Shown here piece by piece: positions 25,696 through 38,400 of a DNA stretch of 64,000 nt (position 1 is its first letter; every line of letters starts with the position of its first letter). The stretch is from positions 313,162,001 through 313,226,000 of the forward strand of contig OZ024742.1 of the NCBI GenBank assembly GCA_964016885.1, in the 5' to 3' direction. The DNA is from Eledone cirrhosa. Its lineage: Eukaryota. The position numbers were made by a program, and so were the translations under genes. Below the pieces are notes generated by a model. That model was given only the letters and a program-made list of their open reading frames with translations. It had not been told where the DNA came from and made no database searches.

Positions 25696-25798
25696 TGATA
25701 ATACAAATCTGTATTATTATTTGTCATTGATTTGTGATTTCTCTGAGTGCGTAAAACAGGAATTTAATTTTCATTTACATAAATAGGTTTTCAAGTTG

Positions 25799-26030
25799 TC
25801 ATCATCATCAGCAGCAACATCAGCAGCAACATCAGCAGCAGCAGCATCAACAGCAGCAGCAGCAACAATAGCAACAGCAGCAGTAACAACAACAAGAGTA
25901 ACATCATCATCAGCAGCAGCATTAGCAGCAGCAACATCATCAGCATCAGCAACTGCAGCAGCAACAGAAGTAGCCACAACTTCAGCAGCAACAGCAGCTG
26001 GAACAACAGCAACAACAAAAGCAGCACTGC
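25799..26030. repeat. (CAG)n/(CAA)n microsatellite
   Basis: Seen directly. Confidence 0.97.
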
Positions 26031-26052
26031 AGTGATTTTATGTTATATTAAG

Positions 26053-29000
26053 TGGTCTGTATATGTGTGAACAGCCTCTGTATAAGACTATATATGTGGG
26101 AGAGAATAACTGATGGGGTCTGTATATGTGTGAACAGCCTCTGTATAAGACTATATGTGTGGGAGAGAATAACTGATGGGGTCTGTATATGTGTGAACAG
26201 CCTCTGTATAAGACTATATGTGTGGGAGAGAATAACTGATCGGGTCTGTATATGTGTGAACAGCCACTGTATAAGACTATATATGTGGGAGAGAATAACT
26301 GATGGGGTCTGTATATGTGTGAACGGCCTCTGTATAAGACTATATGTGTGGAAGAGAATAACTGATGGGGTCTGTATATGTGTGAACGGCCTCTGTATAA
26401 GACTATATGTGTGGGAGAGAATAACTGATGGGGTCTGTATATGTGTGAACGGCCTCTGTATAAGACTATATGTGTGGCAGAGAATAACTGATGGGCTCCG
26501 TATATGTGTGAACGGCCTCTGTATAAGACTATATGTATGGAAGAGAATAACTGATGGGGTCTGTATATGTGTGAACAGCCACTGTATAAGACTATACGTG
26601 TGGAAGAGAATAACTGATGGGGTCTGTATATGTGTGAACGGCCTCTGTATAAGACTATATGTGTGGGAGAGAATAACTGATGGGGTCTGTATATGTGTGA
26701 ACGGCCTCTGTATAAGACTATATGTGTGGCAGAGAATAACTGATGGGGTCTGTATATGTGTGAACGGCCTCTGTATAAGACTATATGTATGGAAGAGAAT
26801 AACTGATGGGGTCTGTATATGTGTGAACAGCCACTGTATAAGACTATACGTGTGGAAGAGAATAACTGATGGGGTCTGTATATGTGTGAACGGCCTCTGT
26901 ATAAGACTATATGTGTGGGAGAGAATAACTGATGGTGTCTGTATATGTGTGAACAGCCTCTGTATAAGACTATATGTGAGGAAGAGAATAACTGATGGGG
27001 TCTGTATATGTGTGAACGGCCTCTGTATAAGACTATATGTGTGGAAGAGAATAACTGATGGGGTCTGTATATGTGTGAACGGCCTCTGTATAAGACTATA
27101 TGTGTGGAAGAGAATAACTGATGGGGTCTGTATATGTGTGAACAGCCTCTGTATAAGACTATATGTGTGGGAGAGAATAACTGATGGGGTCTGTATATGT
27201 GTGAACAGCCTCTGTATAAGACTATATGTGTGAACGGCCTCTGTATAAGACTATATGTGTGGAAGAGAATAACTGATGGGGTATGTATATGTGTGAACGG
27301 CCTCTGTATAAGACTATATGTGTGGGAGAGAATAACTGATGTGGTCTGTATATGTGTGAACGGCCTCTGTATAAGATTATATGTGTGGAAGAGAATAACT
27401 GATGGGGTCTGTATATGTGTGAACGGCCTCTGTATAAGACTATATGTGTGGGAGAGAATAACTGATGGGGGCTGTATATGTGTGAACAGCCTCTGTATAA
27501 GACTATATGTGTGGAAGAGAATAACTGATGGGGTCTGTATATGTGTGAACAGCCTCTGTATAAGACTATATGTGGGGAAGAGAATAACTGATGGGGTCTG
27601 TATATGTGTGAACAGCCACTGTATAAGACTATATGTGTGGGAGAGAATAACTGATGGGGTCTGTATATTTGTGAACAGCCTCTGTATAAGACTATATGTG
27701 TGGGAGAGAATAACTGATGGGGTCTGTATATGTGTGAACAGCCTCTGTATAAGACTATATGTGTGGAAGAGAATAACTGATGGGGTCTGTATATGTGTGA
27801 ACAGCCTCTGTATAAGACTATATGTGTGGGAGAGAATAGCTGATGGGGTCTGTATATGTGTGAACAGCCACTGTATAAGACTATATGTGTGGAAGAGAAT
27901 AACTGATGGGGTCTGTATATGTGTGAACGGCCTCTCTATAAGACTATATGTGTGGAAGAGAATAACTGATGGGGTCTGTATATGTGTGAACAGCTTCTGT
28001 ATAAGACTATATGTGTGGGAGAGAATAACTGATGGGGTCTGTATATGTGTGAACGGCCTCTGTATAAGACTATATGTGTGGAAGAGAATAATTGATGGGG
28101 TCTGTATATGTGTGAACAGCCACTGTATAAGACTATATGTGTGGGAGAGAATGACTGATGGGGTCTGTATATATGTGAACGGCCTCCGTATAAGACTATA
28201 TGTGTGGGAGAGAATAACTAATGGGGTCTGTATATGTGTGAACAGCCTCTGTATAAAACTATATGTGTGGGAGAGAATAACTGATGGGATCTGTATATGT
28301 GTGAACAGCCTCTGTATAAGACTATATGTGTAGGAGAGAATAACTGATGGGGTCTGTATATGTGTGAACGGCCTCTGTATAAGACTATATGTGTGGAAGA
28401 GAATAACTGATGGGGTCTGTATATGTGTGAACGGCTTCTGTATAAGACTATATGTGTGGGAGAGAATAACTGAGGGGTCTGTATATGTGTGAACAGCCCC
28501 TGTATAAGACTATATGTGTCGGAGAGAATAACTGATGGGTCTGTATATGTGTGAACGGCCTCTGTATTAGACTATATGTGTGAACGGCCTCTGTATAAGA
28601 CTATATGTGTGGAATATAATAACTGATGGGGTCTGTATATGTGTGAACAGCCTCTGTATAAGACTATATGTGTGGGAGAGAATAACTGATGGGGTCTGTA
28701 TATGTGTGAACGGCCTCTGTATAAGACTATATGTGTGGGAGAGAATAACTGATGGGGTCTGTATATGTGTGAACGGCCTCTGTATAAGACTATATGCGTG
28801 GGAGAGAATAACTGATGGGGTCTGTATATGTGTGAACAGCCTCTGTATAAGATTATATGTGTGGGAGAGAATAACTGATGGGGTCTGTATATGTGTGAAC
28901 AGCCTCTGTATAAGACTATATGTGTGGGAGAGAATAACTGATGGGGTCTGTATATGTGTGAACAGCCTCTGTATAAGACTATATGTGTGGGAGAGAATAA

Positions 29001-32000
29001 CTGATGGGGTCTGTATATGTGTGAACGGCCTCTGTATAAGACTATATGTGTGGGAGAGAATAACTGATGGGGTCTGTATATGTGTAAACGGCCTCTGTAT
29101 AAGACTATCTGTGTGGGAGAGAATAACTGAGGGGTCTGTATATGTGTGAACAGCCACTGTATAAGACTCTTTGTGTGGAAGAGAATAACTGATAGGGTCT
29201 GTATATGTGTGAACAGCCTCTGTATAAGACTATATGTGTGGGAGAGAATAACTGATGGGGTATGTATATGTGTGAACGGCCTCTGTATAAGACTATATAT
29301 GTGGGAGAGAATAACTGATGGGGTCTGTATATGTGTGAACAGCCTCTGTATAAGACTATATGTGTGGGAGAGAATAACTGATGGGGTCTGTATATGTGTG
29401 AACGGCCTCTGTATAAGACTATATGTGTGGGAGAGAATAACTGATGGGGTCTGTATATGTGTGAACAGCCTCTGTATAAGACTATATGTGTGGGAGAGAA
29501 TAACTGATGGGGTCTGTATATGTGTGAACGGCCTCTGTATAAGACTATATGTGTGGGAGAGAATAACTGATGGGGTCTGTATATGTGTGAACGGCCTCTG
29601 TATAAGACTATCTGTGTGGAAGAGAATAACTGAGGGGTCTGTATATGTGTGAACAGCCACTGTATAAGACTATATGTATGGAAGAGAATAACTGATGGGG
29701 TCTGTATATGTGTGAACAGCACTGTATAAGACTATATGTGTGGAAGAGAATAACTGATAGGGTCTGTATATGTGTGAACAGCCTCTGTATAAGACTATAT
29801 GTGTGGGAGAGAATAACTGATGGGGTATGTATATGTGTGAAGGGCCTCTGTATAAGACTATATATGTGGGAGAGAATAACTGATGGGGTCTGTATATGTG
29901 TGAACAGCCTCTGTATAAGACTATATGTGTGGGAGAGAATAACTGATGGGGTCTGTATATGTGTGAACGGCCTCTGTATAAGACTATATGTGTGGGAGAG
30001 AATAACTGATGGGGTCTGTATATGTGTGAACGGCCTCTGTATGAGACTATATGTGTGGGAGAGAATAACTGATGGGGTCTGTATATGTGTGAACGGCCTC
30101 TGTATAAGACTATATGTGTGAACGGCCTCTGTATAAGACTATATGTGTGGAAGAGAATAACTGATGGGTTCTGTATATGTGTGAACGGCCTCTGTATAAG
30201 ACTATATGTGTGGGAGAGAATAACTGATGGGGGCTGTATATGTGTGAACAGCCTCTGTATAAGACTATATGTGTGGAAGAGAATAACTGATAGGCTCTGT
30301 ATATGTGTGAACGGCCTCTGTATAAGACTATATGTGTGGAAGAGAATAACTGATGGGGTCTGTATATGTGTGAACAGCCTCTGTATAAGACTATATGTGT
30401 GGGAGAGAATAACTGATGGGGTCTGTATATGTGTGAACGGCCTCTGTATAAGACTATATGTGTGGAAGAAAATAACTGATGGGGTCTGTATATGTGTGAA
30501 CGGCCTCTGTATAAGACTATATGTGTGGAAGAGAATAACTGATGGGGTCTGTATATGTGTGAACAGCCACTGTATAAGACTATATGTGTGGAAGAGAATA
30601 ACTGATGGGGTCTATATATGTGTGAACGGCTTCTGTATAAGACTATATGTGTGGGAGAGAATAACTGAGGGGTATGTATATGTGTGAACAGCCCCTGTAT
30701 AAGACTATATGTGTGGGAGAGAATAACTGATGGGTCTGTATATGTGTGAACGGCCTCTGTATTAGACTATATGTGTGAACGGCCTCTGTATAAGACTATA
30801 TGTGTGGAAGAGAATAACTGATGGGGTCTGTATATGTGTGAACAGCCTCTGTATAAGACAATATGTGTGTGGAGAGAATAACTGATGGTGTCTGTATATG
30901 TCTGAACGGCCTCTGTATAAGACTATATGTGTGGGAGAGAATAACTGATGGGGTCTGTATATGTGTGAACGGCCTCTGTATAAGACTATATGCGTGGGAG
31001 AGAATAACTGATGGGGTCTGTATATGTGTGAACAGCCTCTGTATAAGACTATATGTGTGGGAGAGAATAACTGATGGGGTCTGTATATGTGTGAACAGCC
31101 TCTGTATAAGACTATATGTGTGGGAGAGAATAACTGATTGGGTCTGTATATGTGTGAACAGCCTCTGTATAAGACTATATGTGTGGGAGAGAATAACTGA
31201 TGGGGTATGTATATGTTTGAACAGCCTCTGTATAAGACTATATGTATGGAAGAGAATAACTGATGGGGTATGTATATGTGTGAACGGCCTCTGTATTAGA
31301 CTATATATGTGGGAGAGAATAACTGATGGGGTCTGTATATGTGTGAACGGCCTCTGTATAAGACTATATGTGTGGGAGAGAATAACTGATGAGGTCTGTA
31401 TATGTGTGAACAGCCACTGTATAAGACTATATGTGTGGAAGAGAATAACTGATGGTGTCTGTATATGTGTGAACGGCCTCTGTATAAGACTATATGTGTG
31501 GAAGAGAATAACTGATGGGGTCTGTATATGTGTGAACAGCCTCTGTATAAGACTATATGTGTGGGAGAGAATAACTGATGGGGTCTGTATATGTGTGAAC
31601 GGCCTCTGTATAAGACTATATGCGTGGGAGAGAATAACTGATGGCGTCTGTATATGTGTGAACGGCCTCTGTATAAGACTATATGTGTGGGAGAGAATAA
31701 CTGATGGGGTCTGTATATGTGTGAACGGCCTCTGTATAAGACTATATGTGTGAACGGCCTCTGTATAAGACTATATGTGTGGGAGAGAATAACTGATGGG
31801 GTCTGTAAATGTGTGAACGGCCTCTGTATAAGACTATATGTGTGAACGGCCTCTGTATAAGACTATATGTGTGGGAGAGAATAACTGATGGGGTCTGTAT
31901 ATGTGTGAACGGCCTCTGTATAAGACTATATGTGTGAACGGCCTCTGTATAAGACTATATGTGTGAACGACCTCTGTATAAGACTATATGTGTGGGAGAG

Positions 32001-32006
32001 AATAAC
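26053..32006 (+). repeat. 63-bp minisatellite, about 95 copies
   Basis: Unit GGTCTGTATATGTGTGAACRGCCTCTGTATAAGACTATATGTGTGGRAGAGAATAACTGATGG; period 63 (26101 to 26164). Confidence 0.99.
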
Positions 32007-32109
32007 AGTGTTTATAGAATAAGTGCTGTAATAAAATAGCTTGAAATTCTAATAAATTGTTGGGTCTCTTTTTGCATCTATAAATGTCAGTGTAGAAGAA
32101 AACAAATAT

Positions 32110-32935
32110 AATCGTCATCATCATCATCATCATCATAGTCATCATCATCATTATCATCATAGTCATCATAGTCATCATTATTATCATCATAGTCATCATA
32201 CTCATCATCATTATCATCATAGTCATCATAGTCATCATCATTATCATCATAGTCATAGTCATCATCATCATCATCAGCGCCATAGTCATCGTCATCATCA
32301 TTATCATAGTCATCGTCATCATCATCGTCGTCATAGTCATCATCATCATCATCATCGTCATAGTCATCATCATCATCGTCATAGTCATCGTCATCATCAT
32401 CATCATCATCATCATCATCGTAATAGTCATCGTCATCATCATCATCATCGTCATAATCATCATCATCATCATCATCATCATCATAGTCATAGTTATCATC
32501 ATCGTCATAGTCATAGTCATCACCATCATCATCATCGTCATAGTCATCATCATCATCATCATCTTCATAGTCATCATCATCGTCATAGTCATCATCATCA
32601 TCATCATCATCATCATAGTCATAGTCATAGTCATCACCATCATCATCGTCATCAAAGTCGTCATAGTCGTCATAGTCATCATCATCATCATCATTGTTTT
32701 GTCATTATCATCCTCATCATCATCGTTATCATCAACATCGTCGTCATCCTCATCATCATCGTTATCATCAACATCGTCGTCATCATCATCATCATCGTTA
32801 TCATCAACATCATGATCATCATTGCCGTCATCATCATCATCGTCATCATTTTATGGCTATTATCACCATCATCATCACCATCATCGTCATCATCATCATT
32901 AACATCATCATCATCATTAACATCATCATCATCAT
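32110..32935. repeat. (CAT)n microsatellite
   Basis: Seen directly. It abuts an RTE-type 3' end and is probably its expanded tail. Confidence 0.98.
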
Positions 32936-33710
32936 TTAATGTTCATTCTTCCATGCCAGCAGGTCAGACAGGCCATCATGTCCAAAGTATTGAATCAAAG
33001 CTACTGTCCTCCTTGAGAGGTCATAGGACATGCCTATCTCAATATGTTCCATTTTTGGCATGGTTTCTATGGCTGGATGTCTGTTTTAACACCAACAACT
33101 TTACAGAGTGCACTAAGTGCATTTTATCATTGCACCAGCAATATTACTTACAAAATGTACTGGATGCATGTTATAATGACACCATCATTACCACTTTACA
33201 GTGTATACTGAGTGCATTTCATCATATCAGCAGCATTAATACTTTACAGAGTGTACTGGGTGCATTTTATCATTGCACCAGCAATATTACTTACAAAATG
33301 TACTGGATGCATGTTATAATGACACCAGCATTACCACTTTACAGTGTATACTGGGTGCATTTTATCATATCAGCAGCATTAATACTTTACAGAGTGTACT
33401 GGGTGCATTTTATCATTGCACCAGCAATATTACTTACAAAATGTACTGGGTGCATGTTATCATGACACCAGCATTACCACTTTACAGTGTATACTGGGTG
33501 CATTTTATCATAGCAGCAGTATTACTACTTTACAGAGTGTACCGGGTGCATTTTATCATTGCACCAGCACTACTACTAACAAAATGTATTGGATGCATGT
33601 TATCATGACACCAGTATTACCACTTTACAATGTATACTGGATGTATTATATCATGGCAGCAACACAATTACTTTACAGAGTGTAGTGGGTGCATTTTATC
33701 ATGGCACTAA
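32930..33710 (-). mobile_element. RTE 3'-UTR-related element with an internal 143-bp (3 x 47-48 bp) tandem expansion
   Basis: catcatttaatgttcattcttccatgccagca resembles 8710-8750. ggtttctatggctggatg...aacaccaacaactttacagagtg resembles 8830-8880. ctttacagagtg recurs at 33099, 33242, 33385, 33528 and 33671. Confidence 0.85.
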
Positions 33711-33897
33711 CATATATATTAACTAGGGGCGACTTCAAAGGGTTTGATAATTAAAGTATTAAACAGTGTAGTGACTGAACCAAATTTGTCAAATGTTCAA
33801 GGGGATGAGTCATTAGAGCATTGGACAAAATACGTTGGTGTATTTATTCTGGTTCCTTGTATTCTGAATTCATATCCCACCTAGGTCAAAGTTGCTT

Positions 33898-34093
33898 TTA
33901 ACACTAGCATTTACATTACTCCTTTTTTACTATTATATTTTCACAGTAAAGGGTTTACCTCACACAATTATTTCACATATTATCGAATCTATGAGATTTT
34001 GATATTATTTATTTCGAGAACAATACCTTAACATAAGTATGAGCAGCCGGTTACAGTCAGTTTGAACGGCCTGTTTAAATGCTAAAGGGTTAA
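33898..34093. mobile_element. Possible degenerate piggyBac-type MITE (TTAA ends)
   Basis: The right end taaatgctaaagggTTAA is the reverse complement of TTAAccctttagcattta. The left end TTAAcactagcatttac is an imperfect match. Confidence 0.5.
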
Positions 34094-34789
34094 TCTTTTA
34101 GTTGTTTGATAAACTAGGGTTTTTTTGCAACACGCTAACGCCTATGTGTATGTGTGTGTATGTGTGTGTGTGTGTGTATGTGAATATGCATATATTTATA
34201 TGTATGAGTATATAAATATAAATGCACAAACACAGACACACTTTACAAAAATACACACTCACAGACATACATTCACACAAATATACATACATTCACACAA
34301 AGACACACACACACACGCACGCACATCTACACAAACACACACATACACTCACACACAGCATACCAAATGGAATGCAAGGCATTGTTTTGTTATTGGAACA
34401 CCAGCCGCTATTTTGCTATAGTTTTATCACCATCCCCTTCCTTCCTTTTACATACACATACATTCACACAAACACATACACATTGTGTGACGGACAGACG
34501 GAAGTTGCGCAAATTTATATATAAATAAAGAAGCAGTCAGGATGGCAGATGATGTTACATCATTGGATGGGATGCTATTTGGGGATTTGTTTTAACTCTT
34601 TCTCTCATCAGTTCAAATCCTGCTGTGGTCTATTTAGGTAGTAAACTTAATTAGTCACACCCTGTTTAACCTTTTTGTTACTGTACTTCTAATTAAATAT
34701 AAACATGACATCAGTTTTCCAATGGGACACCCCATAAGGTTTCGATTGTACAAGTAGTAGGAAACTCAAGACACTACTCTCTGTGTTGT

Positions 34790-34955
34790 CAAAGTCGATT
34801 ATATTAACCGCAGTACTTGACTGGTATTTTATTTTATCAACCACAAAAAGATTAAAGGCAAATTCAACCTTGGCAGGATTAAAATGTAAAGGGCCATAAC
34901 TATGTACGGCAAAGCTTGTTGTCTGATCATCTTCCGATACTGCTAATCAATCACC
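34790..34955 (-). mobile_element. Degenerate tRNA-SINE copy
   Basis: gactggtattttattttatcaacc...aaaggcaaattcaaccttggcaggatt...aaagggccataact...ccgatactgctaatc. Confidence 0.8.
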
Positions 34956-35104
34956 TTTCTAATTAAATATCATGTTTTAATAAATAGATTTTGATAAAGG
35001 AGAAGTAAAACAAAAAGAGAAGAACAAGAAGATGAAGAACAAAATAAAAAACAAAGAAAACGAATCAGTGAAGAAACTAATATGAGAAGCAATGACCTAT
35101 AAGA

Positions 35105-35304
35105 CTGACTACAACAACAACTATAGTAACAACTACAACAGTAACTATAGTAACAACTAAAACAGTAACTATAGTAACAACTACAACAACTATAATAACA
35201 ACTACAACAACAACAACAACAGCTATAGTAGGAACTACAGCAGTAATAACTATAACAATAACTACAACTACTACAACAACTAGAATTTCAATAACTTCAA
35301 CTAC
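35105..35304. repeat. (AAC/TAC/TAG)n degenerate trinucleotide tract
   Basis: Seen directly. Confidence 0.92.
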
Positions 35305-35433
35305 AGTCGGGTAAAGACACCCTTCGGTCACGAATGGCCATGTGATTTGTACCAAGAAAGTTTCCCTCTGAGGCGCAAGTCCGAGCAAGGTTGTTTGTGG
35401 AAGACCAGCAGTCACCCACACATACCAGCCTCC
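35305..35433 (-). mobile_element. Probable SINE or retroelement 3' fragment that runs into the satellite
   Basis: Unique, GC-richer leader cccttcggtcacgaatggccatg...ggaagaccagcagtcacccacacataccagcctccc directly after a trinucleotide tail. It resembles a metazoan SINE body from recall, not verified. Confidence 0.55.
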
Positions 35434-38400
35434 CTTGTCCAAGTCACCCATACATACCAGCCTCCCTTGTCCAAGTCACCCACACATACCAGCCTCCCTT
35501 GTCCAAGTCACCCACACATACCAGCCTCCGTTGTTGTCCAAGTCACCCACACATACCAGCCTCCCTTGTTGTCCAAGTCACCCTCACATACCAGCCTCCC
35601 TTGTCCAAGTCACCCACACATACCAGCCTCCCTTGTTGTCCAAGTCACCCTCACATACCAGCCTCCCTTGTTGTCCAAGTCACCCACACATACCAGCCTC
35701 CCTTGTTGTCCAAGTCACCCTCACATACCAGCCTCCCTTGTCCAAGTCACCCACACATACCAGCCTCCCTTGTTGTCCAAGTCACCCTCACATAGCAGCC
35801 TCCCTTGTCCAAGTCACCCACACATACCAGCCTCCCTTGTTGTCCAAGTCACCCACACATACCAGCCTCCCTTGTCCAAGTCACCCACACATACCAGCCT
35901 CCCTTGTTGTCCAAGTCACCCACACATACCAGCCTCCGTTGTTGTCCAAGTCACCCTCACATACCAGCCTCCCTTGTCCAAGTCACCCACACATACCAGC
36001 CTCCCTTGTTGTCCAAGTCACCCACACATACCAGCCTCCCTTGTTGTCCAAGTCACCCACACATACCAGCCTCCCTTGTTGTCCAAGTCACCCACACATA
36101 CCAGCCTCCCTTGTTGTCCAAGTCACCCTCACATACCAGCCTCCCTTGTTGTCCAAGTCACCCACACATACCAGCCTCCCTTGTCCAAGTCACCCACACA
36201 TACCAGCCTCCCTTGTCCAAGTCACCCACACATACCAGCCTCCCTTGTTGTCCAAGTCACCCACACATACCAGCCTCCCTTGTTGTCCAAGTCACCCTCA
36301 CATACCAGCCTCCCTTGCTGTCCAAGTCACCCACACATACCAGCCTCCCTTGTCCAAGTCACCCACACATACCAGCCTCCGTTGTTGTCCAAGTCACCCT
36401 CACATACCAGCCTCCCTTGCTGTCCAAGTCACCCACACATACCAGCCTCCCTTGTTGTCCAAGTCACCCACACATACCAGCCTCCGTTGTTCTCCAAGTC
36501 ACCCACACATACCAGCCTCCCTTGTCCAAGTCACCCACACATACCAGCCTCCGTTGTTGTCCAAGTCACCCACACATACCAGCCTCCGTTGTTGTCCAAG
36601 TCACCCACACATACCAGCCTCCCTTCTTGTCCAAGTCACCCACACATACCAGCCTCCGTTGTTGTCCAAGTCACCCACACATACCAGCCTCCCTTGTCCA
36701 AGTCACCCACACATACCAGCCTCCGTTGTTGTCCAAGTCACCCACACATACCAGCCTCCCTTGTTGTCCAAGTCACCCACACATACCAGCCTCCGTTGTT
36801 GTCCAAGTCACCCACACATACCAGCATCCCTTCTTGTCCAAGTCACCCACACATACCAGCCTCCGTTGTTGTCCAAGTCACCCACACATACCAGCCTCCC
36901 TTGTCCAAGTCACCCACACATACCAGCCTCCCTTCTTGTCCAAGTCACCCACACATACCAGCCTCCGTTGTTGTCCAAGTCACCCACACATACCAGCCTC
37001 CCTTGTCCAAGTCACCCACACATACCAGCCTCCCTTCTTGTCCAAGTCACCCACACATACCAGCCTCCGTTGTTGTCCAAGTCACCCACACATACCAGCC
37101 TCCCTTGTCCAAGTCAACCACACATACCAGCCTCCGTTGTTGTCCAAGTCACCCACACATACCAGCCTCCGGTGTTGTCCAAGTCACCCTCACATACCAG
37201 CCTCCCTTGTTGTCCAAGTCACCCACACATACCAGCCTCCGGTGTTGTCCAAGTCACCCACACATACCAGCCTCCCTTGTTGTCCAAGTCACCCACACAT
37301 ACCAGCCTGCCTTGTCCAAGTCACCCACACATACAAGCCTCCCTTGTTGTCCAAGTCACCCACACATACCAGCCTCCCTTGTCCAAGTCACCCACACATA
37401 CCAGCCTCCCTTGTTGTCCAAGTCACCCACACATACCAGCCTCCGTTGTTGTCCAAGTCACCCACACATACCAGCCTCCCTTGTTGTCCAAGTCACCCAC
37501 ACATACCAGCCTCCCTTGTCCAAGTCACCCACACATACCAGCCTCCCTTGTTGTCCAAGTCACCCACACATACCAGCCTCCCTTGTCCAAGTCACCCACA
37601 CATACCAGCCTCCGTTGTTGTCCAAGTCACCCACACATACCAGCCTCCGTTGTTGTCCAAGTCACCCACACATACCAGCCTCCCTTGTTGTCCAAGTCAC
37701 CCACACATACCAGCCTCCCTTGTCCAAGTCACCCACACATACCAGCCTCCCTTGTCCAAGTCACCCACACATACCAGCCTCCCTTGTTGTCCAAGTCACC
37801 CACACATACCAGCCTCCCTTGTTGTCCAAGTCACCCACACATACCAGCCTCCCTTGTCCAAGTCACCCACACATACCAGCCTCCCTTGTCCAAGTCACCC
37901 ACACATACCAGCCTCCCTTGTTGTCCAAGTCACCCACACATACCAGCCTCCCTTGTCCAAGTCACCCACACATACCAGCCTCCCTTGTCCAAGTCACCCA
38001 CACATACCAGCCTCCGTTGTTGTCCAAGTCACCCACACATACCAGCCTCCCTTGTCCAAGTCACCCACACATACCAGCCTCCGTTGTTGTCCAAGTCACC
38101 CACACATACCAGCCTCCCTTGTCCAAGTCACCCACACATACCAGCCTCCGTTGTTGTCCAAGTCACCCACGCAAACCAGCCTCCCTTGTTGTCCAAGTCA
38201 CCCACACATACCAGCCTCCGTTGTTGTCCAAGTCACCCACACATACCAGCCTCCCTTGTCCAAGTCACCCACACATACCAGCCTCCGTTGTTGTCCAAGT
38301 CACCCACACATACCAGCCTCCCTTGTTGTCCAAGTCACCCACACATACCAGCCTCCCTTGTTGTCCAAGTCACCCACACATACCAGCCTCCGTTGTTGTC

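Noticed and set aside
25771-26035. PolyQ/polyA-type coding exon
   Set aside because: It is a degenerate (CAG/CAA)n tract within a microsatellite field, with no flanking coding context.
26052-31753. Cys-rich 21-aa repeat proteins (VCICVNGLCIRLYVWERITDG)
   Set aside because: This is the translation of a 63-bp minisatellite that is open on both strands and freely broken by frameshifting deletions and stops.
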